Shown here one piece after another: positions 38,843 through 47,896 of a stretch of 64,000 nucleotides of DNA. The translations under genes were made by a program, and so were the position numbers. Origin of the DNA: Obrimoposthia wandeli. Its lineage: Eukaryota. Below the pieces are notes generated by a model. The model searched no databases. It saw nothing but the letters and a program-made list of their open reading frames with translations, and was not told where the DNA came from. The stretch's first letter is position 1. Every line of letters starts with the position of its first letter. The stretch lies in assembly GCA_977020255.1 (NCBI GenBank), contig CDROCS010000253.1, forward strand, positions 4,092,001 to 4,156,000, given 5' to 3'.

Positions 38843-39514
38843 ATGATTACAAAATTACCCCAAGTACTTTCTCCACAGCAAGTTTGCTCTATTATTCAAT
38901 TGATTGATCATGGCCGCTTTATTAATGGCAAAAATACTGCTGGCTGGCATGCCAAAGAAGTGAAAAACAATCTGCAATGGCAAGGCGATCATCAATTAAA
39001 TGAACAAATACAACAAGGAATGCAAGGAGCCTTAACGCAGCACCCACAGTTTTCAGGGGCTGCTTATGCCAAGTCTATGATGCCCTTTATTATTAGCGAA
39101 TCAACTTTAGGTGGTGGCTACGGAGATCATATTGATGATGCGCTAATGGTAAATGAAACCGTGCTACGTACTGATATTTCATGCACTGTATTTTTAACAC
39201 CACCAGAAGATTACGAAGGTGGTGAACTGGTGATGAATTTATCAGGCATGGAAATGGCGTTTAAACTAAACGCGGGTGATGCCATTATTTATCCTAGCAC
39301 TACATTACACCGAGTAAACCCAGTGACATCTGGCTCAAGAAAAGTTGCACTGACTTGGATTGAAAGCCATATTCCTCAGGCTTCACAACGTGAAATTTTA
39401 TTTGATTTAGACTATGCCCGTAAAGACATTATGGCAGAAAATGGTAAAACCGATGCCTTTGATCGTATCACCAAAACGCATGCAAACTTATTACGACAAT
39501 GGGCTATGACATAA
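38843..39514 (+). CDS. piuC: Fe(II)/2-oxoglutarate-dependent dioxygenase (PiuC/YbiX)
   Basis: KNNLQ, YGDHIDDA, RTDISCTVFL, YEGGEL, YPSTTLHRVNPVTSGSR. Confidence 0.9.
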   Translation: MITKLPQVLSPQQVCSIIQLIDHGRFINGKNTAGWHAKEVKNNLQWQGDHQLNEQIQQGMQGALTQHPQFSGAAYAKSMMPFIISESTLGGGYGDHIDDALMVNETVLRTDISCTVFLTPPEDYEGGELVMNLSGMEMAFKLNAGDAIIYPSTTLHRVNPVTSGSRKVALTWIESHIPQASQREILFDLDYARKDIMAENGKTDAFDRITKTHANLLRQWAMT

Positions 39515-39586
39515 TAATTCGTCAGTAGATAAAGGTATTAGCTAATGTTGAATAGTTGTATTTGGATATTAAGATTATTTCACTTA

Positions 39587-39650
39587 ATACCCATAATATT
39601 TCAAAATACAAGCTTGAAGTCGCCAGAGCGATTTATGATCAAGACCACTC
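39587..39650. repeat. Truncated left-end fragment of the TATACCC ERIC-like element
   Basis: Colinear over 57 nt with 1709-1765, ending in the identical GAGCGATTTATGATCAAG. Confidence 0.7.
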
Positions 39651-39661
39651 TGTTATTAGCG

Positions 39662-40769
39662 CTACTCCCTTAGTTCTCTACGCAATAATTTACCGACACT
39701 CGATTTAGGAATTTCATCAATAAAGACCACATGTTTAGGCGCCTTATAAGCAGTTAACCCTTGGCGGCAAAACTTGATAACATCTTGTTTGGTAATATTT
39801 GCATCTGCTGAGTCTTTATCCGTAACAATGAAAAGCTTAACAGCTTCACCAGTTTTCTCATCATCAACACCGATACAGGCCGACTCTAATATGCCGGGCA
39901 TTTTGGCCACTTCAGCTTCAATTTCATTAGGATAAACATTAAAACCCGAAACGTTAATCATATCTTTTATCCGATCTACAATATGAAAAAAACCATGCTC
40001 GTCGAGCATAGCAACATCGCCCGTTTTGAAATAACCATCATCGGTCATACATTCTCTTGTTGCTGCCGCATCATTCCAATAACCCGACATAACTTGCGGG
40101 CCTTTCGCACATAACTCACCCGATTGACCTTGAGCAACACTATTACCCATGTCATCACGAATTGAAATATCGGTGTTGGGCATAGGTACACCAATACCTG
40201 GGACATATTCACTTTGATTTTTTTCTTTAGAGGAAGTACCAAAATTTAACGTTAAAATAGGGGAAGTTTCTGATAAGCCATAACCTTCATGTAGTTTAAC
40301 ACCAGTCACTTGTTGCCATTTATCAGCCACCGCTTGTTGTACTGCTGCACCGCCGCCAATGCAAAGTTTTAATGAGGAAAAATCAACATCTTCAAAACCC
40401 GGCGTATGTAATAAGCCGTTATATAAGGTGTTCACGCCAGTAAACATAGTAGCAGGTGTATTTTTCCAAACCTCAACAAAGCTGGCCATATCGCGCGGGT
40501 TAGTGACTAAAACATAAGGTATTAGGACACATTAGCGCCACACGATCATTTTTAACTACGTTTAATTCATTTTGCAAAAATGCGGCGAAATCACGTGATA
40601 ATTCATCTACTTGCTCAAAAGTAAGTTCCGCACCAAAATTACTATAAGCGGTATTCTTATGATATTTTGCTGTTGTTTGCTGAAGTAAATCGATTAGAGA
40701 AGAATAACGGTTTAAATCGACATTATGAGCCACGTTTTCTGGATAATTTGTAAACCAAGGTTTAGTCAT
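39662..40769 (-). pseudogene. FadD-like long-chain acyl-CoA ligase with an internal deletion and frameshift
   Basis: The N-terminal piece MTKPW...VALMCPNTLCF (40500-40769) joins out of frame to LVTNPRDM...EGYGLSE...TGD...GKLLRRELRE. The intervening ~190 aa, including the YTGGTTG P-loop expected in FadD, are absent. Confidence 0.85.
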
Positions 40770-40866
40770 GTGCTTTCCTTAAATAACTCGCTTTATTTCA
40801 ACTTAATAATAAATATATTAGAAAAAGCATATAAATAAAACAGTAGTAAGGGATATTTAAAAAGTA

Positions 40867-40940
40867 TATACCCATCACACCTCAATATGCAGTTTCAGCA
40901 GCTTGAGGTGTAATGGGTATATATCCAAGCCACTTGAAAC
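40867..40940. repeat. 55-bp mini TATACCC...GGGTATA element plus an abutting truncated copy
   Basis: TATACCCATCACACCTCAA...TTGAGGTGTAATGGGTATA (40867-40921), followed by TATCCAAGCCACTTGAAAC matching the left end at 1708. Confidence 0.75.
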
Positions 40941-41019
40941 TATTAGAGTAAAAGTTAATATAACTAAACAATAAAGACTGGCAAATTAATGGAGAATAGA
41001 GCGTGGTTATAATCGTTTA

Positions 41020-42213
41020 ATGATCATGTACTTCAAAGTTGAACCTGTCCGTATAAATTATTCTACCAATAGTAAGGAGAACAACGTGGTAGCAAATGTT
41101 GAAAATCAACAACCTGAATTAAATAAAGAGATTGGCCCAAACTGGTTTGCTTCTGTAATGGGAACAGGCATTATTGCTAATGCAGCTGTTGGTTTGCCTA
41201 TGGTGGGTCAATATCTAGGTCAATTCGGACTTGTGATCTGGATTATCGCGTCACTCATGTTAATTGTAATGCTGCTACTAAAGACAGTTCAAACAATTAC
41301 TAACCCTCATATTATCAAACGCCAATTCAACGATCCGGTTATGGCTCAGTTCTTTGGTGCGCCTCCAATGGCGCTGCTGACTATTGCCGGTGGAACGTTA
41401 TTATTTGGACATCACCTTTTCAGCCAAGAAATAGTGATGATAATTGCCTGGAGCCTTTGGATAACGGGCACCATTATTGGGTTGATTACAGCCGTTATTA
41501 TACCTTATCGTCTTTTTACCCATCATGAAGTACGTGGCGATGCTGCCTTCGGTGGCTGGCTTATGCCAGTAGTTCCCCCTATGGTATCAGCCGCAATAGG
41601 GGCGATGATCCTTCCCCACGTTCAAGACCCTTTATTACAACAAACGCTTCTCTATGCTTGTTACGCAATGTTTGGTACCAGCTTAATTGCAGCAATGATT
41701 ATTCTGACCTTAATCTGGGGTCGATTAGTACACTCAGGTACTTCCGGCGGCGCACGCGTACCAACATTATGGTTAGTGTTAGGGCCATTAGGACAATCTA
41801 TCACCGCAGCAGGCGCTTTAGGTGCAGTTGCCTTAACGGTTGTTGAGCAACCGATTGCGGGTAGTTTGCATAATATGGCTATATTGTATGGGGTTCCCGT
41901 TTGGGGTTTTGCATTTTACTGGTCAATTTTAGCAAGTTTTCTTACCGTACGAGCACTACGTAGAAAAATGCCTTTTGCACTCACTTGGTGGGCGTTTACC
42001 TTCCCTGTCGGCACCTGTGTAACAGGTACTACCCAGTTAGCCTTACATACTGGATTACCCGCATTTGAATGGGCTGCGGTTATTTTATTTGCAGGGCTAC
42101 TATGTGCCTGGGTCATAGCAGCACTAGGGACTATTAAAGGTCTTAAGACCGGTCATATTATGAAAAACCATGTCAGCCCTCCTATCATTATCGCTAAAAA
42201 AGGCCCTAGATAA
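41020..42213 (+). CDS. TDT/SLAC1-family transporter (C4-dicarboxylate/malate/tellurite-resistance); probable GTG start at 41086
   Basis: PNWFASVMGTG, WLMPVVPPMV, WWAFTFPVG; AAGGAG RBS before GTG 41086. Confidence 0.92.
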   Translation: MIMYFKVEPVRINYSTNSKENNVVANVENQQPELNKEIGPNWFASVMGTGIIANAAVGLPMVGQYLGQFGLVIWIIASLMLIVMLLLKTVQTITNPHIIKRQFNDPVMAQFFGAPPMALLTIAGGTLLFGHHLFSQEIVMIIAWSLWITGTIIGLITAVIIPYRLFTHHEVRGDAAFGGWLMPVVPPMVSAAIGAMILPHVQDPLLQQTLLYACYAMFGTSLIAAMIILTLIWGRLVHSGTSGGARVPTLWLVLGPLGQSITAAGALGAVALTVVEQPIAGSLHNMAILYGVPVWGFAFYWSILASFLTVRALRRKMPFALTWWAFTFPVGTCVTGTTQLALHTGLPAFEWAAVILFAGLLCAWVIAALGTIKGLKTGHIMKNHVSPPIIIAKKGPR

Positions 42214-42267
42214 TAACAATGACTGTCGTTAGTTAAAATCTAGAACGAAAGATGAACACTCACAGAC

Positions 42268-44568
42268 TTAATAAGGGTTCAGTGAATGTTCATACCGTTT
42301 AAGCAATATGATAGCTACATTATTTTTATGCCATTCTACATAATCATTTTTACTCATTGGTTTTGCAATTAAATAACCTTGAATTGAGTCAATATGCATG
42401 CTTTTTAATATCTCGAATTGCGCCAAGGCTTCAACCCCTTCAGCAACCACTGATATGTTAAGACTTTTTGCCAAACTTATTATCATTTGAACAACAGTAA
42501 ACCCTTTACCATCGTCTAAAACTTTATCAATGAAACTTTTATCAATTTTTAATTCTTTAACAGGAAAAGCACTTAAGTGTGTTAAGCAAGAATAACCGGT
42601 ACCAAAATCATCTATTGAGAATATAAATCCCTTTTCTTTGAGTTCTTCCATTTGTTGTATCGTATTTTCTATATCACTTGACAACATTGACTCAGTAATT
42701 TCTAACTTAATTTGTGATGAGCGGATATTGAAGGCATTAATTGTATTAAGTAATTCATACTTTAAAGTGGATGAGTTAAATTGACATTGACTGATGTTGA
42801 TTGAAACAGTGAATAACTCATCAATCATATTCTCAGCACTAAGTTGATTAATTAAAACACAGACATCCCGCAGTACAATATTTTGTAACTTTTGAATTAG
42901 CCCATATTGTTCGGCAATCGCTAGAAAATTATTGGGTGCTATGAGTCCTTTCGTAGGATGCTTCCAACGAATAAGTGCCTCCGCCCCAACAACCTTACCT
43001 AACGCATTGATTTTAGGTTGAAAGTGAGCACAAAACTCATCACAAGCTATCGCTCTAACAATATCAGCTTCAAGCTCAGTCTGCTGTTCTAGCAACGTTT
43101 GCAATTCAGGATCATAGAAACTATAACTATTACCTCCTTTCATTTTAGAACGATACATTGCCGTGTCTGCAAACTTCAATATATTATCGGTGACTGAGTT
43201 ATCACTATTTACTAAGCAAATACCGATACTACAACTTACTTGAAATGCTAATCCCTCTACTTCAAATTTTTCATGGAATACACTTTGTAGTTTTTGAGCA
43301 ACGACTTCTGCTTCGAGGTTAGCTTGTTTATTATCCTCACCAATATACTCCAACAAAAGAATGAACTCATCACCGCCAACCCTAGCTAACGTATCAGATG
43401 CTCTAATAACAGCACTCAACCTTTTAGCTAAGTCCATTAAAACTTTATCACCTGCACTATGTCCTAATGAGTCATTAATTCTTTTAAAGTTATCTAAATC
43501 CAAAAATAATAAGGCACCCGTTTTATGGGTACGTTTTATTCTTTCTACGCACATAGTTAACCTTTCGTTGAGCATTCTCCGGTTAGGTAGGCTGGTTAAG
43601 GGGTCAAAAAAAGCTAACCTCTCCACTTCTTTTTCAGCATTCCTTCGGATGGTAATATCTCTAGCCATCCATACAACATGTCTTTGGGATAGGTTACTTG
43701 GTTGATAATGATCAATCGGGGCGATTCTTCCTTCAAAAATAATTGTTTCGCTTTGAACCTCAAGTTCATATTCAAAAATTTGAACCTCATTAGTCGCTAA
43801 CGTTTTTTCGATCACAGCCATAATCGGCTGAGAATCATTTTCGGGTAAGACGTCCTTTACATTTTTGTTGATGAGCTGACTTAGCGAGTTATATAACAAT
43901 TTATCGGATGAGCCATAAATATCAGTATATTCACCCTCTTCACTTAAAATTAAAATTAAATCAGGCATGACTTTAGTAAAAGCCTTAAACTTTTCATTAC
44001 TTTGCTGAAAATCAACAATGAGTTGCTTGACCTTAAGTGACTCAACACTCTTTTCTAATGCTATGCTGGAAAAGTGTACGAAGTAGTCGATTAACTCTAA
44101 GTCTTTAGTAGACGGGGCTTTAGGAGAGCTATGATAGATGGCAAAGGTACCAATAATGGCTGATTGTGTCGAAATAATAGGCGTTGACCAGCATGATTTA
44201 AGGCCAAAGCCTACTGCAAGTTCCTTAAAATCTATCCATAACGGTGATTTTTCGATGTCTTCAACAATAATCTGGGACTTTTGATATACTGCTGTCCCGC
44301 ATGACCCTGCGCTTGGGCCTATATGCATCCCATTTATCAACTGACAATATGCATAATCGATATTGGGTGCTGCACGGTGGAAAAGCTGATCTCCCTTCAA
44401 CAGTAAGATTGAGCATCTTGCTGATTTATCATCAATCATTTCTTCAATAGATAAACAAATATCGTCAAGAACATCATTTAAAGGCGTACCTAACGCAATT
44501 TTAGATAATATCTCTTGTTGGTGATTTAATAGTCTTCTTAACCTAACGGTATCCATATCCATATCCAT
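42268..44568 (-). CDS. GAF-PAS-GGDEF-EAL c-di-GMP signalling protein
   Basis: GAF (AGSCGTAV, SCWSTPI), PAS, RVGGDEF, GAEALIRW, IDDFGTGYS, EGVE. Confidence 0.94.
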   Translation of the reverse strand: MDMDMDTVRLRRLLNHQQEILSKIALGTPLNDVLDDICLSIEEMIDDKSARCSILLLKGDQLFHRAAPNIDYAYCQLINGMHIGPSAGSCGTAVYQKSQIIVEDIEKSPLWIDFKELAVGFGLKSCWSTPIISTQSAIIGTFAIYHSSPKAPSTKDLELIDYFVHFSSIALEKSVESLKVKQLIVDFQQSNEKFKAFTKVMPDLILILSEEGEYTDIYGSSDKLLYNSLSQLINKNVKDVLPENDSQPIMAVIEKTLATNEVQIFEYELEVQSETIIFEGRIAPIDHYQPSNLSQRHVVWMARDITIRRNAEKEVERLAFFDPLTSLPNRRMLNERLTMCVERIKRTHKTGALLFLDLDNFKRINDSLGHSAGDKVLMDLAKRLSAVIRASDTLARVGGDEFILLLEYIGEDNKQANLEAEVVAQKLQSVFHEKFEVEGLAFQVSCSIGICLVNSDNSVTDNILKFADTAMYRSKMKGGNSYSFYDPELQTLLEQQTELEADIVRAIACDEFCAHFQPKINALGKVVGAEALIRWKHPTKGLIAPNNFLAIAEQYGLIQKLQNIVLRDVCVLINQLSAENMIDELFTVSINISQCQFNSSTLKYELLNTINAFNIRSSQIKLEITESMLSSDIENTIQQMEELKEKGFIFSIDDFGTGYSCLTHLSAFPVKELKIDKSFIDKVLDDGKGFTVVQMIISLAKSLNISVVAEGVEALAQFEILKSMHIDSIQGYLIAKPMSKNDYVEWHKNNVAIILLKRYEHSLNPY

Positions 44569-44672
44569 AGTCTATATTCCATCATAGATTTTAATTATAT
44601 CAATTCCTAATTTATAAGAAAACACCCTAAACGTCAAAGCCTTAAAGGGATTTAAATCAGTGAATGCATTCT

Positions 44673-44712
44673 TATATCACCATGTCACCTCAAAATGTAG
44701 AGTTAAGCTGGG
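44673..44712. repeat. Degenerate end fragment of the TATACCC element
   Basis: TATATCACCATGTCACCTCAAAATGTAGAGTTAAGCTGG aligns with the reverse complement of the right end at 1938-1974. Confidence 0.45.
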
Positions 44713-44737
44713 GAACACCCATGAAAATGCATAAAAA

Positions 44738-45520
44738 CTATCCCTTCGATTTTAAGTCGATAGTATTCATAAATAACCTTGGGTGGTCAATTTTATCCAG
44801 CATCGAAATATCCGGTAAACAATCGTCATCAACATAATCAACATAATCGCCCGTCGAATCAAAAACTAACATATCCAGCGCTAACCGATCTAACCCGTAT
44901 ATACCACGGTGGATCATATCAGCCGAAAAAACTAACAAGTCGCCCGCAGCTAACTTAATTTTTTTACCCGTAGAGAGGCTTTCATTACTCACCCTGCCCT
45001 TTTCCTCTTGTCGCACATCAAATTCTTCATCATTATCCCATCGTTTATGCGTTCCTGGCACCAGCTCCATGCCAAGTTCATCAAATAAAGGAATTCTAAA
45101 ATGTACTACTTGCGTCTCCTGAATGACCTTTTTTTGATCTTCAACGTCATAATCATATTGGCAGTCTCTATGCCAAAAATCTTTTTGTTGAGGGTTAACT
45201 GGATTAAAAAACAATTGAGTATTCATAAACGCTGGATTAGCCGCCATCACAGAATCAATAATATTCATTATTTTTTTTGAACTGATAAAGTTAAAAAGTT
45301 GCACCCGGTCGTCATACGCTAAGTACTGACTCCCGGTTATTAAGGAAGAATTGAATGCTTCCTCCTGATAGAATGTTGCGTTATCTTTTTTCCATGATTC
45401 GTGAAATTTTAATATCACTTTTCTAAGTGCTGAAATTTCAGATACATTAAAATAATCTCTAATAACAAAGTAACCTTGATCGTGATAACTACTGTTCAAT
45501 TGACTTCGATTGTTTACCAT
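44738..45520 (-). CDS. Phytanoyl-CoA dioxygenase (PhyH) family protein
   Basis: FWHRDCQ (HxD), LVPGTHKRW, GDLLVFSADMIHRG. Confidence 0.92.
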   Translation of the reverse strand: MVNNRSQLNSSYHDQGYFVIRDYFNVSEISALRKVILKFHESWKKDNATFYQEEAFNSSLITGSQYLAYDDRVQLFNFISSKKIMNIIDSVMAANPAFMNTQLFFNPVNPQQKDFWHRDCQYDYDVEDQKKVIQETQVVHFRIPLFDELGMELVPGTHKRWDNDEEFDVRQEEKGRVSNESLSTGKKIKLAAGDLLVFSADMIHRGIYGLDRLALDMLVFDSTGDYVDYVDDDCLPDISMLDKIDHPRLFMNTIDLKSKG

Positions 45521-45774
45521 TAACGCCTTGCCTTTTAATTATCGCTAAGTGATCACGATTGGTATCACCATTATAACTATTAGGTACAGCCTTGATAAGA
45601 TTTATATCGATGACTACACAAAGTGTTTGAGATGACTAATCACTGTTATTTGTATTAAAATACAAATAATGAAGTCCCTAATTAAACAGTACCGTTAATT
45701 TGTGTTAATTTCCCTGCTGGTAAAGAACAATAAATATTGATCTATTTTGATAACTATAGAAGTAGCAAATCCCG

Positions 45775-46140
45775 ATGAATAAAAGTATTTTTATTAATGT
45801 TGCCCAAATAATGCGAAGCATTATAATTTTATTAACTTTTCTGTATTTTGGAAAATGGTTACAACAAATAAGCCAACTGCCAATTCCCGGCAGTATTTTT
45901 GGCTTAATCTTATTATTTATCACCTTAAACCTTCGCCTTATTCCTATAGATTACTTGCTTCCTACCGGGAGTTTTCTACTTAACTATATAACACTTTTTT
46001 TTGTGCCTGTTGGTGTCGGTTTATTGCAATATACCGAATTATTATCAATACATTGGTTAACTATTGTTGTGAGTAGTGTTGTCAGCACCATAGCTGTTTT
46101 GCTCAGTGTAGGTTTTATTTATCAAAGGTTATCAAAATGA
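45775..46140 (+). CDS. CidA/LrgA family membrane protein
   Basis: PIPGSIFGLILLF and LFFVPVGVG; ATGA overlap with the LrgB gene. Confidence 0.92.
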   Translation: MNKSIFINVAQIMRSIIILLTFLYFGKWLQQISQLPIPGSIFGLILLFITLNLRLIPIDYLLPTGSFLLNYITLFFVPVGVGLLQYTELLSIHWLTIVVSSVVSTIAVLLSVGFIYQRLSK

Positions 46141-46829
46141 TTTATCTTTACCTACTTGCTACCGTGTTAGTATTTTTAAGCGCAAAAAAACTGTTATCCC
46201 CTTTTAAAACACCACTGGCAAATCCACTTTTAGTGAGTATTTTATTTTTCATCGGAATTTTTAGCTTAACCCCACTTAACTACCAAGATTATGCAGAAGC
46301 AAATAAACCTTTTATATGGCTTTTAGAGCCCGCAGTTGTTGCGCTAGCCATTCCATTATTTTATCAAGTAGCGCAAATGAAAGCGCAATTTTTTGCGATA
46401 ACCATAAGTTGTTGTACAGGGGTGATTATCGCCATGTCATCTTGCTTATCTGTCGCATTATTATTAACTGACGATAAAACCTTATTACTCTCTTTATTAC
46501 CAAAATCAGTGACTAGTCCAATTGCCATGGCAGTCGCTAACGAAACAGGTGGTTTAGCTTCTTTAGCGGCAGCGGTTGTTATTGCTGTTGGTTTGTTAGG
46601 TGCGTTAGGTGGTTTTAGTTTACTCAAGTTTTGTAAAATAACGAATCCTCAAGCTCAAGGTTTAGCTATGGGGTGCAGTGCCCATGCAATAGGAACAGCG
46701 AAAGCAATGGAAGTAGGAAGCCAACAAGGTGCCTTCAGCTCTCTTGCTTTGGTAATTAGTGGTATTCTAACAGCAATTTTAGCCCCCTTTTTTGCCCTGC
46801 TAATCGATATACTTACGCCTGTATTATAA
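46137..46829 (+). CDS. CidB/LrgB family membrane protein
   Basis: LEPAVVALAIPL, PKSVTSPIA, GCSAHAIGTA. Confidence 0.93.
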   Translation: MIYLYLLATVLVFLSAKKLLSPFKTPLANPLLVSILFFIGIFSLTPLNYQDYAEANKPFIWLLEPAVVALAIPLFYQVAQMKAQFFAITISCCTGVIIAMSSCLSVALLLTDDKTLLLSLLPKSVTSPIAMAVANETGGLASLAAAVVIAVGLLGALGGFSLLKFCKITNPQAQGLAMGCSAHAIGTAKAMEVGSQQGAFSSLALVISGILTAILAPFFALLIDILTPVL

Positions 46830-47124
46830 AGAGAACAAAGGCTGTTGTAGCAGCCTAAATAGACATATCACTTATGGTCGTGACGCTATTTATACCTGTA
46901 CACTGTTTATTTCCTTTCAAATGACTAACCTGTATTGATGCACAATCGAGCTTAATCAGCCTGTCAACTCACAACTTTCGAGTTAAGCAGCGTTCATCGC
47001 AACTTAGTAATGAAAGAAACTCATACTTTATGAGTAGATTCATTTCATCCTTAAGGTCTACATCTGCACAGGACAATTGATAATATACTTACACTGAGTA
47101 TTTTAGTTATATAAAGGGAATAAA

Positions 47125-47508
47125 ATGAAAAGCAAAATATTGGGTATGTCAATTTTAGCAGCGACCATCTCTTTTACTTCATTTGCGCAAGGTAATAATG
47201 AAGTGATGATGCAAGCCGCAGGGCAAGAGATTTTTAAAAAGTGTAGTGCATGTCACTCAACCGATACTAGCAAAAATACATTTGGTCCTAGTTTAGTTGG
47301 CGTAATAAATCGTAAAGCAGCATCTCTTCCTCGTTTTGCCTATTCTGAAGCATTAAAGAAATCAGGTTTAACTTGGACTGAAGCCAACCTTCGTCGCTGG
47401 ATTGCAGGTAATGATATTTTAGTGCCAGGTACTCGTATGCGTCATGTGCAAATTACAGACATAGCCGAACAGGATTATTTATTGGCGTATCTAAAGTCAT
47501 TAAAATAA
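47125..47508 (+). CDS. Class I (c2-type) periplasmic cytochrome c
   Basis: Signal peptide, CSACH heme motif, GPSLVGV, PGTRM. Confidence 0.93.
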   Translation: MKSKILGMSILAATISFTSFAQGNNEVMMQAAGQEIFKKCSACHSTDTSKNTFGPSLVGVINRKAASLPRFAYSEALKKSGLTWTEANLRRWIAGNDILVPGTRMRHVQITDIAEQDYLLAYLKSLK

Positions 47509-47532
47509 TGAAGAGTGCTTTTATCATATGAC

Positions 47533-47570
47533 AAAAGAGCTTTGATATTAAATTTAAAGGCTCTTTTTTA
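47533..47570 (+). terminator. Terminator after the cytochrome c gene
   Basis: AAAAGAGCTTT...AAAGGCTCTTTTTTA hairpin with T-run. Confidence 0.6.
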
Positions 47571-47769
47571 ATACAAAAAATTCAACTGTGAAGTTGTCGC
47601 GTATCCAAAAAAATATTTTTCATTAGCAATATCAATGAATTAATACTCTAATAAATTAGTAATAGCTGTTAAGGATTTTATCATAAAGCCTTTTCCGCAC
47701 TTACAGGCCTGTCCTTATATCGAATAACTAACTGGCATTTATCATAGCCTCCTTCGACATTAAGTGGAT

Positions 47770-47896
47770 TGTATTTACTTAGCATTGATAAATAATCTTG
47801 GATGGTTAATTTAATCCCACATTGAGATTTCTGGTAAACAATCGCCATCAACATAGCCAAAAAACTGCCGCTCTATCAAGAGCGAATATATCCATT
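47770..47896 (-). pseudogene. Decayed 3' remnant of a second phyH-family gene
   Basis: Minus strand reads GYVDGDCLPEISMWD*INHPRLFINAK* versus DYVDDDCLPDISMLDKIDHPRLFMNT in the intact PhyH. 47781-47855 vs 44762-44836 is 62/75 nt identical, ungapped (hand count). Confidence 0.85.

Noticed and set aside
44569-44737. Possible c-di-GMP riboswitch upstream of the GGDEF-EAL gene
   Set aside because: GEMM consensus elements not found; part of the region is a repeat-element fragment.
45705-45923. 72-aa minus-strand ORF
   Set aside because: Antisense to lrgA; no motif.
46930-47100. Possible FNR boxes and the palindrome ACTCATA-CTT-TATGAGT (47019-47035) upstream of cytochrome c
   Set aside because: The TTGAT half-sites lack a correctly spaced ATCAA; the palindrome is short and cannot be assigned.
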